DNA of 64,000 bases, taken from Thalia democratica (taxonomy: Eukaryota). The notes under the pieces are model-generated. The model ran no database searches. It worked only from the letters and a program-made list of their open reading frames with translations, and was not told where the DNA came from. Below, piece by piece: positions 13,779-24,633 of the stretch. Made by a program: the position numbers and the translations under genes. Location: the NCBI GenBank assembly GCA_965202585.1, contig OZ241833.1:34286001-34350000 (forward strand). Direction: 5' to 3'. Position 1 is the stretch's first letter. Each line of letters starts with the position of its first letter.

Positions 13779-14408
13779 CTAATACTATTTATTATTATTT
13801 TAGTTCTTTTTATGGTTATACCAAAAGGTAGAATAAAAAAAAATACTTTGCCTTTTAAAGTTAAATTTTTTCAGCGTATTTTGTCCTATGTTTTAAAAAT
13901 CGAATATTATTTTGGCTTTAAATGGTAGCTACTACTTAGCTTTAGTTATTATGATAAAGGTAAGTAAAGTTGCATCTCTTAGTTGAGTAAATTTGTAGCA
14001 ATCGTTTTAAACAACGAAATCCTGAGTTATTTTTCAATTCTATTTTAAACAAGTTTTCCGAGCAAGTCATCAAAAAGCTTAATTCGAAGATAAATTAAAA
14101 AAAAAAAATTCAGCTTCTTTTTAGTAAAATACTACAAAATATAAATTTTTATACTAACAAAATTTTATATTACATAAAAATAAAAGTTGTTTTTAACATA
14201 GTTTAATCACAACAAAAAGTTATGAAAACACACAAAAAAATCAACAAATAGAATTTTTTCTTCAGTTTTCAGCCCGCGCTAGCTTCCACTCGGCGAACAA
14301 CTTTCTTATTACGCTGTTTGTGACGTCATAGCTGCTGAAAAAACTCGTGGAAAGTTTAGCTGCTCCATCAGGCAAGTTTGTGAAAGTTGCAAAGTTCGTT
14401 TCAATTGT

Positions 14409-14660
14409 CTGAAAAATGAAAAATCATAAATGACATGTTTCATAACTAAATGCTTTTTTTGGTTTGTTGAAAAATACAAAGACTTCAACGATACAACTTT
14501 AACGTGTCTTTAATTTTAATTTTTTTTTTAAATGGTTTTAGTAACAATACAACAAATTTTAAGTTATAATTCAGTAAATGTATCAAAGGTTTAAATAATA
14601 TCATAAACTACTAATTGAACAATTTCAATACTGAAATAGCTGCAATAAAGTAATATTTAC
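14409..14660 (-). other. Predicted 3'-UTR intron of Id-2
   Basis: GAG|GTAAAT donor 19 nt after the stop and TTTTTCAG acceptor. The following exon (14408 to about 14262) aligns with Id-1 2830..2976. Confidence 0.75.
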
Positions 14661-14679
14661 CTCATAGTTATTTTGCATT

Positions 14680-14976
14680 TCACACTGGAGACGACACGAT
14701 GTTCTGATTACTGATCTTCTTCATTCCTGAAATCTGAGGTTTATTCAGCAACTCGCTCAAGTCCCGGATGTAGTAGATGGCCTGCTGAATTATTTCAAGC
14801 TGGTCCCCTTCATCGCCACACTTTGGCAGGATGTTTTGATCGCAGCATTTTGGCAGGATATTTTGCAGCTTCGAAAGCGTCTCCTTCACTTTCAAATCGT
14901 CGTTCTTTTTGATGGCCAAAGAGTTTTTGCTGATTTTGTTTTCGCTGGTTGATACTGCTTTGCTTGCTTTCACCAT
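14680..14976 (-). CDS. Id: Id/emc-like HLH protein (Id-2, 98 aa), inverted paralogue of Id-1
   Basis: 9 nucleotide differences from Id-1 over 297 nt by manual comparison. Same promoter and TATA-like box. Confidence 0.88.
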   Translation of the reverse strand: MVKASKAVSTSENKISKNSLAIKKNDDLKVKETLSKLQNILPKCCDQNILPKCGDEGDQLEIIQQAIYYIRDLSELLNKPQISGMKKISNQNIVSSPV

Positions 14977-15193
14977 TTTGAGTTTTTAGCTTGTGTGCTT
15001 GCTGCTACAGACTTTGAAGTAATAATTTTTTCTTGGCCCTGCTCCGCTTATATGCGCGACAAACCGCCTTTTTTACTTCCAAGCTCTCAGAGTTGTTTCT
15101 TTACATTATCCCACCCAATTACCACCCGCTATCTCGTATTTCATCTTTTTTAATTTTTTTTTCAATTTTCTCGAGGTTGCACGTGCATCGAGC

Positions 15194-15346
15194 AGACTTG
15201 AAGTCGCCAGCGCACCTGATTTGCAAGCAAACAATGAAGATTTTCAATGAAGATTTCTCCAGACTGGCTGGCGCCCCGCACCTGCAGCGAAAAGCGAAGA
15301 TTTTTTTTTGGTGAGAAAAATTTTCGCAGCCAGACTTGAAGTCGCC
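15194..15346 (-). promoter_or_regulatory. Triple BRE array (Id-2 promoter)
   Basis: Exact elements at 15194..15208, 15261..15275 and 15332..15346. GTGAGAA at 15311..15317. Confidence 0.8.
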
Positions 15347-16271
15347 AGTGCTCTAAACGCGAAAATGATTTGCTGCAGAAATGAAAATTAATTTTTGCAA
15401 CATTTTTTGCAGCTCCGATTGCCTTGTGCTGCAAAACTAAATATTATAAATATTTATTAATATTATTAATATTTAATTGTTAAAATATAATCAAAAATTT
15501 TATAAGAAAAAAAAGTATATCGGTTATTTTTAAAAACTTACTAGTTAACCCTAAAAAATCAATACAAAGAAAAACTTATTTTTGCAGCTCCTACACTGTT
15601 TTGTGCTGCAAAGTTGAAAGTTGATTTTGAAAACTTTTCTGATTTAAAAATCATTTGAAAGAGAAAAATTTGAGATTTTTTTCTAAATTTATAAGTTAAT
15701 CAATTTTTGAAAAAAAAACGTTTTGTAATCGAAATTTTCTTGCAAGTTAGACGTTTAAAACAAATTATAACTATTTTTAAGCTTGTTAGTCAACCCTTCG
15801 TATATTTCCGACATAAACTAAAATTTCTGGTTCTAAAATTTTTATCTCGACTAAAGTTAGTTTTTATAAGACTTATGTAACTTATAGACTTGAAAACACT
15901 AAACCAGTTGTCAGATATATTTAAAAAACGTTCAACTAAAAAATGTTACATCAACTTTTAACAATCCATTATTAGCTTTGAGCTTTAACTTTTTATTTTT
16001 CTGTATTAAATATACATAAAATTAAATATACAAAATTTTACTTTTAAAGCAGTAATTATAGGTTGAGCTAATATAATTTTTGTTAAAATGTTTGTTTAAG
16101 CACAATGGTTAAAAATATTTTTTTTTATGTTCTAAGTAGTTTTAGAATATTTATAGAAAACTATGTATTTTGATTAAAAAATAATTTAATAAACAGCTAA
16201 ATTTTAGTTTTTTTGTACTTTCAAATACTTGCTAGCTTAAACAAATGTGTTTCATAAGTCACGATTAATTT

Positions 16272-16313
16272 ACTTTATACTAGTAAACTTGTAAGAGTTT
16301 ACTAGTATAAAGT
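16272..16313. repeat. Perfect 18-bp inverted repeat with a 6-nt loop
   Basis: ACTTTATACTAGTAAACT-TGTAAG-AGTTTACTAGTATAAAGT. Confidence 0.85.
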
Positions 16314-17522
16314 TGCAACAGTTGTAAAAACTTGCAACAGTAGTAAAAACTTATTGAAAAATCGTTTTGTAGATTAACTGAACTAATTAAACAATATTTG
16401 GTTAGTTTTTTTAAATTTTTAATAATTAACCAGTTTTGTTCAAATAACACTCATAGCGAAAATGAAGCATACACGTTTCACAATTCAAACAATTAGCAAG
16501 TGTATACAAAAAACTACGATGCTTTTGTAACTAATTTTTATTTTTTTAAAAACATCTTAATTGTTAATTATAGTGAGAAAACTATAAAATATCGTGAACA
16601 AACCATTTTGAGCACCTTAAGTAGTTTGTACACTCTTTTGAAGAAAACAAATATTATAAATGATATTATAAATACTAAAAATAAGTTTAGTGGTTATTCG
16701 TGCGGTAAGCACTTGTTTTGAAAATATATTTTATTTGCGCAACTTTTATCGTAAGTTAAGTGTTAACGAAAACAACAGTTTTTACGCGTTAAAAATAAGT
16801 TTTGTGGTTTAGCTTAGTAAATAATATGTTTTCAAAATAAACTTTTGTTTGTATGATTTAGTCGTAATCCTTAGTAGGTTGTTTTTTCTTGCAAAGCTAA
16901 CATTTACTATTATTTTACAATACAATAAATACTATTTTCTATTACCTCTTTTAACTGTGTTTAATCTGTGCTTAATTCAAAAAAAATTATTATTTTATAA
17001 CTATGCCATAATATCAATAATAAATTAATCTAGTAAATATGCAGTTTTACACAGAAATAGTAGTTTTTTCAGCTAATATATTTTAATTCCGATAAAGTTC
17101 TGAATGCTGTAAAACGTTTTCTTTCACTTGTAACAAAACACTTGAAAAAAGATTTCAACTTATTACCAAAAAAAGCTTTAAAAATTGTTTTAAAAGATCC
17201 AATACTTCAGAATGTTTTCTGTACACTAAAAAAAACTTTAATTCATTTTCTTGCAACTTACCTTGCACTGCAATACGACTGAAAAGTTAGCTAAGAAAAT
17301 GTTTATAATTTTAATTAAGAAAGTGTTAAAACATTAGACACGAAAACCATCAACAGAAATTAAAGACTAAAACATATTCTGCAATGCTTTTCAAAAAAAA
17401 AACACTAAAAAGTGTATAAAACCCTCAAACTTATTTTATCGCTGACAGCTTTGTAATTCACGCTGAAAAAATATTCATATTAAAAAAAATACGTCAAAAT
17501 AAAACTTTTCACAGCTTAAGCG

Positions 17523-17681
17523 TTCTCACAACGTCGCCCAGATGGAAAGAGTCGCCATGGCAACGTTCTTCCCACACGTTTCCATGGCAACCGACACGAC
17601 ATGAAAGGGGCCGGACCAGATGCGAGGTGACCACGCGACCCAGCCCTGGCAACCCTGGCGACAACTGCTTACCATGGCAAC
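17523..17681. promoter_or_regulatory. RFX X-box cluster with two Su(H)-type sites
   Basis: GTCGCCATGGCAAC 17551..17564, GTTTCCATGGCAAC 17578..17591, CTTACCATGGCAAC 17668..17681. TTCTCACA at 17523 and TTCCCACA at 17569. Confidence 0.6.
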
Positions 17682-20600
17682 CGAAAGTCGCAACAAACCG
17701 GTGTTTTGTACGGATCCCGCTGTGCATATTTATTTGCTTACGTCACAATGACTGTGACATCACCGCGAGCGGTATGAGAAAGGGAGCTGGATTCGCATTG
17801 GTAAACAGCTGCTTGTTTGCACTAGTGACGTACATCGTATAAATTTTGCCACAAAGTTCGGCTGAGCCAGGGCAGCTTGTGCAAGTCGGGGGTTTTTCTA
17901 GAAAAAGTTGCTCGCACTTTATAACAAAAACCTTCCGCGGCCGCATTTGTTTAAAGTGCAAAATACTATTCTAAAGCAACGAGATGAATAAAAAGCAGTA
18001 ATAAATCACCAGTAGTTAGTAACTATTTAAAAATTGGTGTAAGTGTAGGTTATACCTCAATTTTTAATTATTATTCTAAAACGTCTGTTTATCAGATAGA
18101 AAGTAGCTCGCAGGTTAAAAAAAATTAAAACGAGCTGAAAACAGCTATTAATATTTCGCGCGAAACTCAAGCTTCCGCGTTTGAATTGCGATTTGGATTT
18201 AGAAATAAAGAAACAAATTTGTTTTGTCGAAAGAAAGAACAAATTCGTTTAAACGTACTAAATTTGACTGCACGTTGTTAACGGGTCCATCATCAAAACA
18301 GCGCTTGTTTTTTTTTAACATGTAAGCAACTAAAACGAAAACTGGTTTATACTAGACACGTCAAATACTAACGACGTAGTTTAAACGCGGTGCCCTGTAT
18401 AGTTTTTTTTTACGTTATGATAAGTACAATAAACGAATCAGTTAAACGTCGCGATGTTAGTTTTTATACTTAGCCTCCAAACGCGAGTTACTTTTGCCAA
18501 TACTTGCCGATTTTCAATTCTTCAAATTCGCGCATTGAAGATTTTTTTTGCACGCAAATTAGGTTTGTCGCCTTGCAAATATTATTTTTGCAGGTGACAA
18601 TTTTCTGCAAAAACAATTTATTTCGCCTCAGAAAAAACGACTAAATAAAAACCTTCACTGATGCGCCATGACGACACAAGCAGGCACTTCAAAGGGGAGA
18701 AGACGCGCTAATTCGTCGCCATGACAGCCGAAGAAAAGAAGCGAGGGCGTAGGCACAGGTGTTGCGTGGAAATTTTCAATAATCCCATCTGCGCTTCAGA
18801 TCTAAGACAGACCTGAAAAGCCTGGTGCTTGACCTGAGGTGGATTAGACTTTTCAGCAATGTCAGTTTTTTTTTACGACTAATACTTGGAACTAAGTTAT
18901 AATCTGCTTAGCGAAAGAGGCGTTCAGTCGTAGAAATGTCTGATTTTTAACTTTTATTTTTTATAAACTGACCCTTTGTCTCTGATACATGAAAAAAAAA
19001 TTAATTCTTATGATAGTTATGACCTGTCAATATGACTGTGATAAATTTTGAACTGTTTGCAGCTTCGTTTTGTCAAAATGTATAAAACTAAATCTGTGTT
19101 AATATCGAAAACTTGTTAATAGGTTGTGAATCCAAAAATCAACTCTTTAAATTTTTTAGGCTTATTTAGGTAAAAGTCAAGGTAGGGAAGTTAAGATATA
19201 GTAACAAAACCTTGGTACATTTATTCATTGTAGATTAAAATTTAAAATATAAGTATAACCAGTTAAAGAATCAAAGAATCAAATCTAATTTCTACTTTGA
19301 TTTGAACTAAAAACAGTTAGTTAAAAGTTTATTAAAAGAATACGCTTACAATTGAATACAACAACCTTTAAAGTTAAGTTGAGAATCAAGTTAAAGTCTT
19401 TGCTATTTATTGAATATTACTTACCTCTTTTCACCCCTTAACAAAAACTAAGTCTTGATAAAGAACTTTTTTCAATAAATAACCAGAATTCTTACGAAAG
19501 CTCATTACACCTCTCTACGTTGGTTTAGTTAATCTAGTTCCAATCCCAAATTCGCCCCTTTTCTTTATTGAGGTTTGCAAACTTTTTTCAACACAAAACA
19601 ACAGCTTCCAAAGTACAAAAGAAATCGTGACGAGACTGCTTGCAAGATTAAGTCGTTAGAAAATAATTCTCAGCGAAATCTTGTTAACAAATCCGACCGC
19701 TTTATTGTTCTTGCGTAATTTAGAACTAACAGCTGGGTGGAAGATGGTCCCAGACGGCTTATAATTTCGTCAAAAACATGATTAATGCCTGATTGTTGTG
19801 TGAAGAAATTTTTTGTAATGTTTTTAATGCCGACAAGCAAGTATGGTTTTTTTTAAAAGTATTTGTAAGAGTAGGTGGAGCTTGCTTTTATAAAAGTTAA
19901 AACTCTGTATCTTTAGTATTTGAGTGGTTAGTAAAAAAATATATTGTGTTTTACTAGTATTTAGCTTATAAGTAAAGTTTATTGATATTTATCAATTATA
20001 ACTCTTATTAGTATCTACGTAAGAAAATTATTTTTTTAATTTTTAATGGTTTAATTAATATAGATACATATATGTATAAATTTCAACTGGTTAGTGTGTA
20101 TTGTTTATTGATAGATAAAAAAAAATTGTAACCTTATCAAAAATAAAAACCACTTGTTTATCTTGATATACAAAACCTAAGTTAAAGTTATGATATAAAA
20201 CACTTTTAAATTTATTTTTTGCTGTTGGAATAGAGTACAAAAAGATTACATAAAGGTATTGCTTAGTAAAGACTGATTGTTTGAAATACCTGTAAGTAGA
20301 AATATAAAACGCTAAAGTTTAAAAGTGGAACTTAATTCATTATTATCATACAAAAGTATGACTGCACATTGGACGTAGCTTTAATGAAAAACATCATCTA
20401 CTAAGCTGTAAAATTGTTTATACCTATAAAACTGCGTCAATACTATATAAAATAATCAAACTTTTTCTGTACTTGACTCACAAAATAAGCTTTTCTTAAC
20501 TTATAAAGTTTTTTTAGATGAATTCTAGAGTTTTTCCTGTTTATATTAAAAAGTTCGTTTAAAATTTTTGTTTTTACTTAGCCAATAGATTGGCAGTAAA

Positions 20601-23600
20601 AATATACAAGTTATATTTTTGTACTTATTAGAAACAAAATACGAGTATAAAGTCATACAACAGGATATACCAAACATTGGTAAATGTTCTTGCAGTTTGT
20701 GAGACACACTAAAAGCTATCTTAACGGTTTTTTATACACTTGATTTTTTTTTAATTTGTAGAACATGAAAGGTTTAGTTCAAAACAAACTAGTATGTAAT
20801 AAAGCTACCAAATTACTTATTACTTTTCAAAGTAAAATTGTTAATTATGGCAAAAGTTAAACACCAATATTAAAATTTCCCGTTTACAAATATTTAGTAT
20901 GACCAGACATAATTTACTCTGAAACATAAAAAAGTATTACTTTTATGTAAATAGGTCAATAAAATATTAAGTATACTTTAAAAAAAAAGTTAAAGTTATT
21001 AGTGTTACTAATTACTTAGGTAGTAATCTAGTATACTTTATTGTTGTGATTTGAAATAAGGGTTAGTTTGTTTTTAAGTTTTAACAACTCAAATTTATTA
21101 AATAGTTTTTTTGTAAAAATAGTACGCATGAGTTGGTAAAATAATACTAAAATAAAACAAAAACATGATTTAGAAAAAATTGTATTTCAAAAAAAATGTT
21201 TTGCACAAATTTTTCATAGCGGTAAGTAACAAATAACAATGTTTAAAAAACTTTTTTTTAAGTCTTGTTTTCAAATTTCAATAAATTTTTACTAAATTAA
21301 CTTTAATTTAGTGATTTATATTCATACTCAAGATAAAATCATCAATGTTAAAGACGTTTTGATGATATTTGAAAGCGCCCAATTTTTTCGAAAAAATAAA
21401 ATGATAACAAAAGCTACGCGCAATTTGAAAACTCTCGTACAAAATAAAAAGTTTTCATATAAATGTAATGAGTTTGTAATACACGGCTAATTGCTTTCAC
21501 CTGCCAAATGAATCTCATGCATATATAAATTTGTGCAGAAGGCTCAATTGTTCAGAGACAGCTGTTCTTGCAGCTGTACATCTTATATATGTGTATATAT
21601 ATATAATTCATATAAACGATCAAAAGAGAACCTTGTCATTTTTCTGTAATTAGCCTGAAATTGTTTTTGTTTGCGATTTATTTCAATTGTATTGATCAGG
21701 TTTTGAAAATTGTTTATTTTTGTAAAATGTACATGAACTCCTTGACATGAAAAATACAAAGGTTTTAAATTTTTTATTACTTTTTTGTGTGTTTAAAACA
21801 CAGTTCTTTTTAAGTGTAAACTTGTTAAGTAAATTGCTAAATGCTTAAAGGCTCTGAATTTTTATATGCACTCGCTAAATTACTTCAACTACTGAAGATA
21901 ATTAAAATTTTTGTTTAAAAAACAACCAAAAAACAAAAAAAGAAAAACTACATCATCTTGTGTGACACGATTGTGATTTTAAAAAGAGTCAAGTTACATC
22001 ATTTTAAATTTGGCTGTGTAAAAAAGAAAGCGTGACAAAAATTTAATGAACAAACTATAGAATGATTGTTCGAAAACAAAACACGCTACAGCAATTAATT
22101 TCTTTTTACAATTTCACGTTTTCAGTACATTTAAAGAATTTGAAACGGTCGAATCAAAACAATTTTTAAAATGACTTTGAACTTTAATTGCTTTTGTATT
22201 GCTTCATAAAAACCTGATTGAAAAAAGTATCTTATGTGTTTTACATCTGATTTTAATTGGCTATATTCTTTTTATACGTAAACTTATAAACTTGAGCTTT
22301 AAGTGGTTGAAGTGTAAACGTTCCATAACTTTTAAATACAAAAAACCAAGCAAAATGTTTAAAAAAGACTTAATTGTTTTTTTTTTGTTTTATATTGTAC
22401 TTCAAAAAGTCTTTCAAAAAAAATAAAATAAAACGGGTTTACACTTTATTTTCAGTCGTTAAATTTTAATCCTAAAAGTTTTAAAGTTTTTGTTATATTT
22501 TCAAACTTTGAAATAAAAAATTCTTGGCTTTTTTATTTGTTTTTAAGTTATTTTAAAGGCTTTGAGTGACAACAGCAAAATAGGTCAACAACGTAACAAG
22601 CTACCTATAAGCTAACTGAGTATTGTTTAAATAACATTTAATAGAAGAAAAAACGTGTAACGTAAATACTAAGACCTTATACCCAGCCACGTTTAGTTAC
22701 GTAAAAATGACTGATCTTGTTTATGAACAAACGAAAACATATGCAGTTTTAAACAAAACTTCAAACCGAAGCTAAGATATTAATAAAACTAATTTTACCT
22801 AAAAGATTAGAAAAAGTAGTTCAACACTTAAAAAACTGTATAAAAACGACTTTAAATCACCAAGTTGTTTTTTTAAATAATAATAAACTAGATAGAGTAT
22901 GTAATTTTACTCAATGAGAACTACTTAAGCTTCGTTTTTTAAAACTTTACCAAATAGCAAGGTGCTTAGATGATTATCGTTAAAACCTAATTAGAAAAAA
23001 AAAAAAAAAAACTGACTAAGGTGTGAAGCCAAAGTTTTATTAAAACTAATCTGTGGCTACTTAACTTATCAGCTTGATTTAAACTTTAAATAAGAAAGCG
23101 TACGTCAGTAAAAGTATGTATAAAAGGGTGTAGAGGTGTATTGAGTTTATTAGATTACTTAAAAAAACAAAAAGTCTTAAAATACAAAAACTTTAAAGTT
23201 TATTCCGTTTGAAAATTTAAATTACGCTAACTATCTTGATTATGTATAAAATAAAATTAGATGACCTGAAGAAAGCTACTTAAATATAAAACTGTTTTTG
23301 TATTTAATTTTCTTAAAGAATACTTATTACAAGAATGTTCTGTTTCTTAAACTTATTTACTAAACATTTGTTTTCATAATTAAATACTTAATTAATGCTA
23401 CTAATAAAGTTATAAAATGCATTTAAACTTAAAAAGTTGTAGCACTAAAACTTAGTATTGTTTAGTAGCCAAAAAAAGCTTTACTAGTTTGATTTTAATA
23501 AAAAATGTTTAGTTTAAAAGGGTACTTTAAAAACTTGTAATATAGGCTTTGATGTGCAAATTAACAAAGTATTTTTTTAAAGAATATCAAGAAACGTTAA

Positions 23601-24413
23601 GTTCTGATGTAGGTGTAGCTAAAACTTACGTTTTAAAATATTTATTAAACAAGTATTGGTTTAAAACATACCGCACTATTCTATAACAAAATATTTTAAG
23701 TTATGAAAACTAAGAAATTTTTCTAGAATGTTTCTACATTTAAAAAAAAATTAAAACCAACTTACATTTGATTAAAAGCACAAAAATTTAATCTAGTTTT
23801 AAAACAGCGTGTGATAGTTTTCTAAGCTAAACTATTTTAATTTGAAAATAAATTCAGCTAAATGATTATTAATACAAGGCAGCTGTGAATTATTTTTTGT
23901 GAATAATTTTACAAAGTAAATATATCCAATTTAGCTCATGATAGATTGCTGACATTTTCTTAGAATTACAACTAAAATATTAAAAACACTTCGGCAGGTG
24001 TGCAATTCTTATTGCAGAATAAGTATTTTTTTGCTAAAATTTCCTCTAAACCATTTTTATCTACAACTTTTTTGTTATTAAAATTCAGCCGATTTACGGA
24101 GCGGTACCTGCATCAGTAATCTTCTTAATGTTGTTATATTAACGGACATAATAAGAACGGCTGTTTTATAGTAACGGTACGATCTAGTACAACAGTAGTT
24201 TTATTCACTGTTGATTAAAAAAAAAAACCCGTCTTAATACATTTTGTTATTAAATTTATTTTTAAAGCTTCTGTCAAAGCTTTTGTTCTTACATTAAACT
24301 TTATAATTTTTGGAGGAAAATCATAAAACAAACGAACGCCTTTGAATACGTTTAAGGAAAATATCATCAAATCTTCACAGATAACCAGATTTATTTAATT
24401 CAGCTTCGCAACT

Positions 24414-24633
24414 TGGCGACTTCAAGTCTGGCTGCGAAAATTTTTCTCACCAAAAAAAATCTTCGCTTTTCGCTGCAGGTGCGGGGCGCCAGCCAGTCTG
24501 GAGAAACCTTCATTGAAAATCTTCATTGTTTGTTTGCAAATCAGGTGCGCTGGCGACTTCAAGTCTGCACTTGCACGTGCAACCTCGAGAAAATTGAAAA
24601 AGAGATGAAGTAAGAGATAGCGGGTGGTAATTG
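24414..24633 (+). promoter_or_regulatory. Orphan copy of the Id-2 promoter with three BREs and no downstream ORF
   Basis: About 220 bp closely matching the reverse complement of 15113..15348. BREs at 24415..24429, 24485..24499 and 24552..24566. Confidence 0.85.

Noticed and set aside
2214-14976. Id-1/Id-2 as an uncollapsed haplotype or assembly artefact
   Set aside because: Inverted orientation with unalignable introns and flanks is not expected for alleles.
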